From the NCBI GenBank assembly GCA_024763355.1, contig JANTFR010000002.1, forward strand, positions 1 to 45,465: a stretch of DNA of 45,465 bases. Direction: 5' to 3'. This stretch comes from Anaerolineales bacterium (GTDB lineage: Bacteria > Chloroflexota > Anaerolineae > Anaerolineales > DRKV01). The translations under genes were made by a program, and so were the position numbers. The notes beneath the pieces were generated by a model that was not told where the DNA came from, did not search any database, and was given only the letters and a program-made list of their open reading frames with translations. This document shows, in pieces, positions 1-6,824 of the stretch; the first letter of the stretch is position 1; the number at the start of each line of letters is the position of its first letter.

Positions 1-318
1 GCCACGCTGGAGGCCGCCAAAGTGCCTCTGGAAACAGCCCGCAAGGTGGTGGAGGTGCTGGAACTGGCCGCCGAAGTGGCCGAGAAGGGCAACACCAACG
101 CTTTGACGGATGCCGGCACCGCCGCGGCGCTGGCGAAGGCCGCTTTGAGCGGGGCGAGTTTGAATGTACGTATCAATCTCACCAGTCTGCACAATGAGCC
201 TTCCGCGGGTTCGCTGATGGACGACCTCACCGCGCTGGAGGACCGCGCCGCCATGTTGGTAGAACGCGTCCGGACTGCCATGCAGGACCGCGTCGGGCCG
301 GCGCTGGCGCAATTCTAG
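1..318 (+). CDS. cyclodeaminase/cyclohydrolase family protein (FtcD C-terminal-like), 5' end cut by window edge
   Basis: Frame 1 is open from nt 1 to TAG 316-318. The helical Ala/Leu-rich sequence LTDAGTAAALAKAALSGASLNVRINL resembles formiminotransferase-cyclodeaminase C-domain proteins. Recognition by eye only. Confidence 0.6.
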   Translation, partial: ATLEAAKVPLETARKVVEVLELAAEVAEKGNTNALTDAGTAAALAKAALSGASLNVRINLTSLHNEPSAGSLMDDLTALEDRAAMLVERVRTAMQDRVGPALAQF

Positions 319-348
319 TCCACGAATGGACACGAATGGGCACGAATA
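319..348 (+). repeat. CACGAAT-family 10-nt tandem repeat (3 units) abutting a TAG stop
   Basis: TAG-TCCACGAATG-GACACGAATG-GGCACGAATA. Confidence 0.85.
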
Positions 349-362
349 GCGGATAAACGCGC

Positions 363-1331
363 ATGGGATGTGTTCGCCGAATCATTTTGTGGGGGGTGAC
401 GGGGGCGCTGTTGGCCGCTTGTGTTTCCGCGGCGGTCTCCCCGCATCACAGCATACCGGCACGCCCCAGTCCATCCCCGACGGCCAGCGCAACGGCGACG
501 GTCGTCCGGGCCACATCTCCCGCCGCTCCAACGCCGACGGTCACATCTCTCCCCGCGGAGACCCCCGCGCAGGTTTCTCCTGCGCCGACCGTCCCGCCGG
601 ATGTTTTCCCGCTACGCGTGCCGCTACCGCCTCAGGCCAATCGTGAAGTCGCGCCCAGCTACCGTTTCGGGACGAGCATGAACGGGGAGCGCGAAATCCA
701 TCACGGGGTGGAATTCGAGAATCCCATCGGCACCCCGGTACTGGCCGCCGCGGCGGGGACGGTGGTCTTCGCGGGGGACGATTCCGGCGGAGGGTTATCT
801 CCCTGGCCGAATTTCTACGGGCAGGCGGTGGTCATCGAGCATCATCCCGCGGGCTGGGAGCAGCCCCTTTTCACGCTGTACGGCCATCTTTCCGAGATGA
901 ACGTCTGGGAGGGGGAGCCCGTCCAGGTTGGGCAGGTCATCGGGGCGGTAGGGATGAGCGGCTCGGCGGACGGGCCGCATCTGCATTTCGAGGTGCGGGT
1001 GGGAGAGAACACCTACGCCAGCAGCCGCAATCCGGAGTTGTGGCTGACGCCCCGCGGGGGGTTCGGCTCCCTGGCGGGACGGCTGACCACGCCCACGGGA
1101 GAGAACATTCCCGCTTTGCCGGTGAACATTCTCCCTCTCAATTCCGATTTTCCTCCTCTGTACCTGCAAACTTACGAGGCGGGCGAAGCGCTTTCCACCG
1201 CGTCCCTGGAAGAAAATTTCGCCGTCTGGAATCTGCCTGCGGGACGGTATCGGATGGAATTCATCGCCAACGGCCTGCACCGCCTGGAAATCACCATCCA
1301 CCCCGGAGAACGCACTTTCGTAACCCCCTGA
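363..1331 (+). CDS. M23 family metallopeptidase, probable lipoprotein, with C-terminal beta-sandwich domain
   Basis: Signal/lipobox-like N-terminus (LLAAC) and a Pro/Thr/Ala linker. M23 core: HHGVEF...GTVVFAG...GHLSEM...[15 protein letters not shown] (HxH). Confidence 0.85.
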   Translation: MGCVRRIILWGVTGALLAACVSAAVSPHHSIPARPSPSPTASATATVVRATSPAAPTPTVTSLPAETPAQVSPAPTVPPDVFPLRVPLPPQANREVAPSYRFGTSMNGEREIHHGVEFENPIGTPVLAAAAGTVVFAGDDSGGGLSPWPNFYGQAVVIEHHPAGWEQPLFTLYGHLSEMNVWEGEPVQVGQVIGAVGMSGSADGPHLHFEVRVGENTYASSRNPELWLTPRGGFGSLAGRLTTPTGENIPALPVNILPLNSDFPPLYLQTYEAGEALSTASLEENFAVWNLPAGRYRMEFIANGLHRLEITIHPGERTFVTP

Positions 1332-1333
1332 CA

Positions 1334-1386
1334 ATCCAACCAATGCAACTAATGCAACCAATGCAACCGATGCAACCAATGAACCA
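1334..1386 (+). repeat. CAACCAATG-family 9-nt tandem repeat (about 5 units) upstream of dcd
   Basis: ATCCAACCAATGCAACTAATGCAACCAATGCAACCGATGCAACCAATGAACC. ATGs at 1343, 1352, 1361, 1370 and 1379 are all in one frame. Confidence 0.9.
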
Positions 1387-1398
1387 CAGGAGACTTTC

Positions 1399-1953
1399 AT
1401 GGGACTGAAACCCGACCACTGGATTCGCAAAATGGCCCTGGAACACGGCATGATTGAACCTTTCGCTCCCAATCAGGTGCGCGAGGGGGTGATTTCCTAC
1501 GGTGTATCCTCCTACGGCTACGACATTCGCGTGGCAGATGAGTTCAAGATTTTCACCAACGTGCATTCCGCCATCGTAGACCCCAAGAACTTCGACCCCA
1601 AGAGCATGGTGGACTTCAAGGGGGAGGTGTGCGTTATCCCACCGAACTCCTTCGCCTTGGCGCGCACCGTGGAGTATTTCCGCATTCCGCGCGGGGTATT
1701 AACAGTTTGTCTGGGGAAGTCGACCTATGCACGCTGCGGTATCATCGTCAACGTGACCCCTTTCGAGCCAGAGTGGGAGGGCTACGTCACGCTGGAGATT
1801 TCCAACACCACGCCCCTGCCCGCCAAAATCTACGCCAACGAGGGCATCGCGCAAGTGCTCTTTTTCGAGGCCGATGAGGAATGTGAAGTTTCCTACGCGG
1901 ACAAGAAGGGCAAGTATCAGCAGCAACGGGATATTGTGCTTCCCAAACTGTAG
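1399..1953 (+). CDS. dcd: dCTP deaminase
   Basis: 184 aa with full-length resemblance to Dcd (MGLKPDHWI...[10 protein letters not shown]...EISNTTPLP). SD aggag lies 8 nt upstream of the ATG. Confidence 0.92.
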   Translation: MGLKPDHWIRKMALEHGMIEPFAPNQVREGVISYGVSSYGYDIRVADEFKIFTNVHSAIVDPKNFDPKSMVDFKGEVCVIPPNSFALARTVEYFRIPRGVLTVCLGKSTYARCGIIVNVTPFEPEWEGYVTLEISNTTPLPAKIYANEGIAQVLFFEADEECEVSYADKKGKYQQQRDIVLPKL

Positions 1954-2004
1954 TCCACGAATGGACACGAATAACCACGAATGGGCACGAATGGGCACGA
2001 ATGG
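1954..2004 (+). repeat. CACGAAT-family 10-nt tandem repeat (5 units) abutting the dcd TAG stop
   Basis: TAG-TCCACGAATG-GACACGAATA-ACCACGAATG-GGCACGAATG-GGCACGAATGG. Confidence 0.9.
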
Positions 2005-2020
2005 GGCAGAGTTTTTTCGG

Positions 2021-2141
2021 GTCAACACGGAATTGTGGGGTAGGATGAGCAGACTTCCGAGATTTTCCTGGGCTGATGTTCATCCGGAGCGGCTCTCGTC
2101 GAAATCTCGGAAGTCTTTACCCCACAAATCTGAGGAGAGCC
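2021..2141 (+). mobile_element. hairpin MITE copy A (about 121 nt) flanked by direct duplication GTTTTTTCGG (2011-2020 and 2142-2151)
   Basis: Long imperfect palindrome: AATTGTGGGG...AGACTTCCGAGATTTT-loop-CGAAATCTCGGAAGTCT...CCCCACAAAT. Near-identical inverted copy at 28054-28175. Confidence 0.75.
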
Positions 2142-2165
2142 GTTTTTTCGGCGCTTTGTGATGAT

Positions 2166-2194
2166 TTCCCGTGTTCTCCGTGGCTCCGTGTGCC
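2166..2194 (-). repeat. short CACGGA/CACGGG word cluster (related to the CACGAAT family)
   Basis: The minus strand reads GGCACACGGAGCCACGGAGAACACGGGAA, downstream of the bactofilin terminator. Confidence 0.4.
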
Positions 2195-2228
2195 ACAACA
2201 GAAGATTTGTCGGTCAACCAGCCATCAA

Positions 2229-2265
2229 TCAAAAAGCGGCGGGAGTTCTCACAACTCCTGCCGCT
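2229..2265 (-). terminator. intrinsic terminator of the fabI-bactofilin unit
   Basis: The minus strand reads AGCGGCAGGAGTT-GTGAG-AACTCCCGCCGCT followed by TTTTTGATT. Confidence 0.7.
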
Positions 2266-2272
2266 TCGCATT

Positions 2273-2707
2273 TCAGGGGGTATCTTCCGCTTCCTCCGGG
2301 GGGGGAGGGGGCGGCCCCAGGTCGAGGCTTTCTTCCATTTGGATTTGGCCGCGCAGAAAAGCGCCCTCCTCGGTGGCGAATGCCGCAGTGACCACGTTGC
2401 CCCACACGCGCCCCGTACTGCGGATTTCCACTTTCTCGGCGAGGATGTCACCCTTGACCGCGCCGGAAACAATCACCACACTGGCGCGGATGTGTTCGCT
2501 GTTCAGGCGCCCCGTTTCGCCGATGACCAGCAGGCCGCGCAGGTCTACTTCGCCGTCCACAGTGCCCTCGATACGCACGCCGCCCTCTCCCTTCAAGTCG
2601 CCTTTCCAATAAATGCCCGGCCCCAGCACGGTGGTGACGCGCCGCACCGGCGCAGGGATGGCGGGGGAACCTTCGGAGGAGGGAGATGCTTTCCGTTTAC
2701 GGAACAT
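2273..2707 (-). CDS. bactofilin family cytoskeletal protein
   Basis: Beta-helical repeat pattern G.V.IEG.V.GEV......LVIGETG.L...I.A..V.VSG.V.GDI.A.KVEI...G.V.G.V with a Pro-rich tail. Sits directly downstream of fabI on the same strand. Confidence 0.85.
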   Translation of the reverse strand: MFRKRKASPSSEGSPAIPAPVRRVTTVLGPGIYWKGDLKGEGGVRIEGTVDGEVDLRGLLVIGETGRLNSEHIRASVVIVSGAVKGDILAEKVEIRSTGRVWGNVVTAAFATEEGAFLRGQIQMEESLDLGPPPPPPEEAEDTP

Positions 2708-2717
2708 GAGGCTCGTT

Positions 2718-3500
2718 TTACTGCGGAATTTCGGTAGTCGCCAGGATATTATACCCGCCGTCCACGTAGATGACCTGACCGGTCACCTGGGAAGACAACT
2801 CCGAACACAGGAAAACGGCGGTATTGCCCACGTCTTCGATAGTGATGTTCTGCTTCAGAGGGGTTACTTCCGCGAAGTGGCGGTACAAAGATTTGAAACC
2901 GGAGACGCCCGCGGCGGCCAGAGTGCGAATCGGCCCGGCGGAGATAGCATTGACCCGGATGCCCTGCGGCCCGAAATCATACGCCAGATACCGCACGGAG
3001 GCTTCCAGCGCGGCTTTGGCAACGCCCATCACGTTGTAATTGGGGGCTACTTTCTCCGAGCCGTAGTAGGTCAGGGCGACCAGCGCTCCGCCGCGGCGCA
3101 AGATGGGCTGGAACGCGCCCGCCAGCGCCACCAGGGAATAAGCACTGATATCCAGCGCCATGTGGAAACCCTCCCGGCTGGTGTGGTAATACGGGCCTTG
3201 CAGTTCGTCCCGGTTGGCGTGGGCAATCGAGTGAATGAGGATGTCAATCTGCCCGAAGTGTTCCCCCGCTTTTTGGGCGACCGCGGCGATGGCGGCGTCG
3301 TCGGTGACATCGCACGGCTCGATGAAATCCGCCCCGATGCTCTCCCCCAGCGGACGGACGCGCCGCTCCAGCACCGGCCCGGCGTAACTCAATCCCACGC
3401 TGGCTCCGTGGGCGTGCAGGGCCTGGGCGATTCCCCAGGCAATCGAGCGCTTGTTGGCTACGCCAAACACCAGGGCGTTTTTTCCGGTCAGTAAACTCAT
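2718..3500 (-). CDS. fabI: enoyl-[acyl-carrier-protein] reductase (NADH), FabI
   Basis: N-terminal GKNALVFGVANKRSIAWGIA and the catalytic Y...K region YNVMGVAKAALEASVRYLA. 260 aa. Confidence 0.93.
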   Translation of the reverse strand: MSLLTGKNALVFGVANKRSIAWGIAQALHAHGASVGLSYAGPVLERRVRPLGESIGADFIEPCDVTDDAAIAAVAQKAGEHFGQIDILIHSIAHANRDELQGPYYHTSREGFHMALDISAYSLVALAGAFQPILRRGGALVALTYYGSEKVAPNYNVMGVAKAALEASVRYLAYDFGPQGIRVNAISAGPIRTLAAAGVSGFKSLYRHFAEVTPLKQNITIEDVGNTAVFLCSELSSQVTGQVIYVDGGYNILATTEIPQ

Positions 3501-3510
3501 GGGTTCCTCC

Positions 3511-3646
3511 GTTGAGTAGTCAGGTAGTTGGATAGTCGGGTAGTCGGATGGTCGGGTAGTTGAGCGGTCTGACGTCTATCGTCTGTTGTCCGTTGTCCGT
3601 TGTCTGTCGTCCATTGTCCATTGTCCATCGTCCATCGTCCACGGTC
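3511..3646 (-). repeat. composite spacer between mpg and fabI: GGACGAT/GGACAAT/GGACAAC words followed by CTACCCGAC words (mRNA sense)
   Basis: The minus strand reads GGACGATGGACGATGGACAATGGACAATGGACGACAGACAACGGACAACGGACAACAGACG...CAACTACCCGACCATCCGACTACCCGACTATCCAACTACCTGACTACTCAACGGAGG-ATG. Confidence 0.9.
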
Positions 3647-3649
3647 TTA

Positions 3650-4234
3650 TCATCGCCCGTCCACTCGAAACCGCCAGGGAATGCTCTTCCACGGCTCCGG
3701 CACAGTGTATAACCCCACCCGCGGCCCAATGGTGACGCGGCTATCGGGGACGGGTTCGCCCGCTTCGAGGAAAAGCGCCGCATCCGGGGCGCACAAATCC
3801 GCGCCGTTGAACGTTCCGTCAATCCCCAGCGCCTGACACAATTTGGCGGGGCCGTCCGTCCAGGCGCGGCGGGGACGTCCCGCCCGCCGTTGGGCAATGC
3901 GTTCCAGCCCTTCCACCGGCTCCAGCGCGCGCACCAGCACCGCGGCGGGAAAATTTTCCCGTTCCGTCACGCAGTTGAACAGCCAGTGCATCCCGTAGGT
4001 GAAATAGACGTAAGCGTGCCCCGGCGGGCCAAACATGACCCGCGTGCGCGGCGTCAACCCGGCGCGGGCATGGCAGCCCAAATCATTCTCTCCGATGTAG
4101 GCCTCCGTCTCGGTGATGACGCCCGCGACCCGGCTTCCGTCCGGTTCCACCCGCACCAGGCGCATCCCTAACAACTCGCGGGCCACCTGCAAAGTAGGGC
4201 GGTCGAAGAAAGCGCGCGGCAATTTTTCGTTCAT
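3650..4234 (-). CDS. mpg: DNA-3-methyladenine glycosylase (Mpg/AAG family)
   Basis: Trimmed from the 462-aa track ORF to ATG at 4234 (MNEKLPRAFFDRPTLQVARELLG...ITETEAY...GHAYVYFTYGMH). The upstream part of the track ORF is low-complexity and antisense to the LysM gene. Confidence 0.87.
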   Translation of the reverse strand: MNEKLPRAFFDRPTLQVARELLGMRLVRVEPDGSRVAGVITETEAYIGENDLGCHARAGLTPRTRVMFGPPGHAYVYFTYGMHWLFNCVTERENFPAAVLVRALEPVEGLERIAQRRAGRPRRAWTDGPAKLCQALGIDGTFNGADLCAPDAALFLEAGEPVPDSRVTIGPRVGLYTVPEPWKSIPWRFRVDGR

Positions 4235-4251
4235 GGGGGCTATTTTACCGT

Positions 4252-4257
4252 TATAAT
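4252..4257 (+). promoter_or_regulatory. -10 hexamer TATAAT 7 nt upstream of the LysM-protein ATG (possible leaderless mRNA)
   Basis: CCGTTATAATCACATTC-ATG. There is no SD between the hexamer and the ATG, and the -35 is weak. Confidence 0.4.
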
Positions 4258-4264
4258 CACATTC

Positions 4265-5131
4265 ATGAAGAAGATTCCTTCCCCCCGGCAATTTCTCGGC
4301 CTGCTGGCCGCGGGCATATTTTTGCTCTTCGGCATCACCGGTTTGATTCCTACCGGCTACGCCGCCCCCCTGCCGCAACTGACCCCCTTCCCGACGCCCA
4401 CCCCCGGCCCCGACGGACGCATCCTTTACACCGTCCAGAGCGGCGATACCCTGTGGCGTGTCGCCGCGGTGAGCGGCATCACCGTGGACGAACTGCGCGC
4501 CCTCAACGGCCTCGGCCCGGAGGACATCATCACGCCGGGGCAGACACTCCTGCTGGGCATCGGCGGGCCAGCCATTTTCACGCCCACCCCCCGCCCGCCA
4601 GCCACCCCACCGCCGGTCACGCCCACCGCCACCCCGGCCACCAACAGCGCCACCCTGTGCATCCTGCTCTACGAAGACGTCAACGGAGACGCTCTGCGCC
4701 AGGATGCCGAGGCGGTCATCCCCGGCGGGGCTATCAGCATCGCCGACCGCTCCGGGGAAACCTCCCTCACGGCCAAAAGCGGAGAAAACATCGAGGAAAT
4801 CTGCAATTTCAACCCCTACACCGGCTTCGACCCCGCCCTGGGATTCACTACCTTCACGGATGTCCCCGCCGGCGAATACAACGTCTCCGTCGCCGTGCCG
4901 GAGGGATACCACCCTACCACCTTGATGAATTACGCCATTACCCTGAATCCGGGGGATGAAGTTTACCTGGATTTTGGCGCTCAGCGGGCGGAGGAGGCCT
5001 CGGAAACGAACTCCCCCGGAGAGGCTCCCGTTACCCAAGAGAGTACCTCCCCCTTATTGGCGGTGCTGGGCGGCGCGCTCCTGCTGGGAGGCATCCTGCT
5101 GGCCGTCTTCGCCAACCGCATCTCCCGGTGA
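4265..5131 (+). CDS. LysM domain protein with N-terminal signal/TM, SdrD-B-like beta-sandwich and C-terminal TM anchor
   Basis: LysM motif YTVQSGDTLWRVAAVSGITVDELRALNGL...PGQTLLLG. Pro/Thr linker, then FTDVPAGEYNVSVAVPEGY. Hydrophobic C-terminus LLAVLGGALLLGGILLAVF. Confidence 0.75.
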   Translation: MKKIPSPRQFLGLLAAGIFLLFGITGLIPTGYAAPLPQLTPFPTPTPGPDGRILYTVQSGDTLWRVAAVSGITVDELRALNGLGPEDIITPGQTLLLGIGGPAIFTPTPRPPATPPPVTPTATPATNSATLCILLYEDVNGDALRQDAEAVIPGGAISIADRSGETSLTAKSGENIEEICNFNPYTGFDPALGFTTFTDVPAGEYNVSVAVPEGYHPTTLMNYAITLNPGDEVYLDFGAQRAEEASETNSPGEAPVTQESTSPLLAVLGGALLLGGILLAVFANRISR

Positions 5132-5138
5132 GGTACCC

Positions 5139-6224
5139 TCAACCGCGAAGCACCTTGCGGTAAGCGGCCTCCAACGCCGCGCCGAAATCATGCCACGCCC
5201 AGGAGCGGATGCGTTCCTGGGCGGCTTGCTGCAAGGAAGCGGCCACTTCGTCTTCCACCAATACGGTGAGCAGAGCCGCACCCAGCAAACGGGTATCCCG
5301 CTCTTTGACGAGGTAAGCCGCCGGGCCAACCAGCGCGTCGCTCATGGAGGTTTCCAGGGCAACAATCGGCCGGGCGCAGGCCAGGGCGTAGCGCAGCGTC
5401 CCTCCCCACGGCACACTGCCCAGGGGGTGAAAAACCGCCGCGCTTCCCCGGTACAGGGAGGCAACCACTTCAGGGCGCTGCGGCGGCAGGGGGTAAGTGC
5501 TCTGTCCCAGGCGCAGACCGCGTAATTGAGGCATCAAATCAGCGACATCCTGAGGGGAGCAGCCCAGCAACACAAGGGGAATCTGGTCTCCCAAAGCGGA
5601 AATCACCCAACTCCAGGCGGAGAGCAGCCAGCGCAAGGTCAGCGCATCCTTGGGCCCGTGGTACAGAACGTACGAGGCGGGCACGCCCAAATTTTGCAGA
5701 TGCTCCTTGATGGGAGCTTCGGAGGGGTTGAAATCGGGCGGCACGAGCGGGGGAAGCGGCTCTACCCGCCCCAGCGTCTGGGGCAACGCCAAATCATCCG
5801 GCCACAGCACCAGTTGACGGGGGGCCTGTGCTCCCCGCGCCAGCGCCAGCCGCAGACGGGCGGTAGCCCCCAGCCGCGGCACGGGAGGCTCACCGACGAA
5901 AGATGTCGGACTGATGACCGTCGGCGGCGCGCCAAACAGGGCAGGGGAAGAGGACATGAGGTGCAGCAGGTCGGCATCATGCGCCCGCGCCAGCCGCGGC
6001 AAAATGCGCTGTTCCCAGCGCAGGCGGTTGGTTTCCGTGTTTCCCAGGGGGAAAATTTCCACCTGCACATCTTCCGGCAGCCAGGCCGCGCCGCCTCCCG
6101 CCGCGGGGAGGGCTACCAGCGGCTCGACGGAGGCAGGCCGCTGGGAGAGCAAATCGAAGAGGTGCAGGGAGGCCGGGCTGTTGGGGGTGTAGGCCGCAGC
6201 CCAGCCATCGTAGAGAACGCGCAA
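5139..6224 (-). CDS. glycosyltransferase, GT-B fold (family 1/4-like)
   Basis: 361 aa. The C-terminal half has the GT1-type region (FHPLGSVPWGGTLRYALACARPIVALETSMSDALVGPAAYLV). Clustered with the GT2 gene. Confidence 0.65.
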   Translation of the reverse strand: MRVLYDGWAAAYTPNSPASLHLFDLLSQRPASVEPLVALPAAGGGAAWLPEDVQVEIFPLGNTETNRLRWEQRILPRLARAHDADLLHLMSSSPALFGAPPTVISPTSFVGEPPVPRLGATARLRLALARGAQAPRQLVLWPDDLALPQTLGRVEPLPPLVPPDFNPSEAPIKEHLQNLGVPASYVLYHGPKDALTLRWLLSAWSWVISALGDQIPLVLLGCSPQDVADLMPQLRGLRLGQSTYPLPPQRPEVVASLYRGSAAVFHPLGSVPWGGTLRYALACARPIVALETSMSDALVGPAAYLVKERDTRLLGAALLTVLVEDEVAASLQQAAQERIRSWAWHDFGAALEAAYRKVLRG

Positions 6225-6231
6225 AATTCGG

Positions 6232-6639
6232 TCAGTCTCCTTCTTCCCCGGTTACTTTTTGCAGGAAGCGCGCCTCGTTGACGATAAAACGCTCGTGCTG
6301 CCCCGCGCCTATCTGCTGACGGGAATCGCGGGCATCCACCGCAAGCGTGACCCGGCGGCCATCCACCGCCAGCACTTCGGCGCGGACGCGCACCGTTTCG
6401 CCCACGGGCGTGGCTGCCAGATGCCGCACGTTGACCAGTGTCCCCACGCTGGTGTAGCCTTCCGGCAGGTGCTGTGCCAGGAGGCGCTGGGCGGTGCGCT
6501 CCATGAACAAAATCATGCAGGGCGTGGAAAGCACCTGCGCCGTCCCGCTGCCTATGTGGGCGGCGGAGTATTCGGGGGTGACCTCGAAGGTCATTTCGTG
6601 GCTTATGCCGGGGGTGATAGATTGGTTCATTGGTTGCAT
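6232..6639 (-). CDS. hotdog-fold thioesterase (fluoroacetyl-CoA thioesterase-like family)
   Basis: Core FEVTPEYSAAHIGSGTAQVLSTPCMILFMERTA...VGTLVNVRHLAATPVGETVRVRAEV. Start placed at the ATG inside the CAACCAATG repeat (6639, alternative 6630). The PTNPTN... extension in the track ORF is translated repeat DNA. Confidence 0.72.
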   Translation of the reverse strand: MQPMNQSITPGISHEMTFEVTPEYSAAHIGSGTAQVLSTPCMILFMERTAQRLLAQHLPEGYTSVGTLVNVRHLAATPVGETVRVRAEVLAVDGRRVTLAVDARDSRQQIGAGQHERFIVNEARFLQKVTGEEGD

Positions 6640-6740
6640 TAGTTCGTTGGTCGGATTGGTCGGATTGGTCACATTGGTCGGATTGGTCGGATTGGTCGGA
6701 TTGGTCACATTGGTCGGATTGGTCGGATTGGTCACATAGG
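6621..6740 (-). repeat. 9-nt tandem array (CCAATCCGA / CCAATGTGA units, about 11 units) ending in the CAACCAATG module at the thioesterase start
   Basis: The plus strand reads GGTCGGATTGGTCGGATTGGTCACATTGGTCGGATT.... Period 9 throughout. Confidence 0.9.
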
Positions 6741-6775
6741 TCGTCTGGGGGGACGGGGTACGGGGTACAGCGTAC

Positions 6776-6824
6776 ACTTTCCCACTTTCATACTTTCATA
6801 CTTTCCCACTTGCCCACTTTCGCC
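6776..6824 (-). repeat. 8-nt tandem words (GAAAGTGG / GAAAGTAT in mRNA sense) directly after the GT2 stop
   Basis: The plus strand reads ACTTTCCCACTTTCATACTTTCATACTTTCCCACTTGCCCACTTTCGCC. Confidence 0.85.

Noticed and set aside
4235-5038. N-terminal 268 codons of track ORF 3650..5038
   Set aside because: Only the last 194 codons (from ATG 4234) resemble Mpg/AAG glycosylases. The remainder is antisense to the LysM gene and low-complexity.
6621-6740. Tandem arrays considered as possible CRISPR arrays
   Set aside because: The units are 8-16 nt and contiguous, with no unique spacers, and no cas genes are present. These are simple tandem repeats.
6640-6777. PTNPTNVTN... repeat as an N-terminal domain of the thioesterase
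   Set aside because: It is the translation of the 9-nt intergenic tandem array, which stays open only because the period is a multiple of 3. The hotdog domain is complete without it. Real translation of part of it cannot be strictly excluded.
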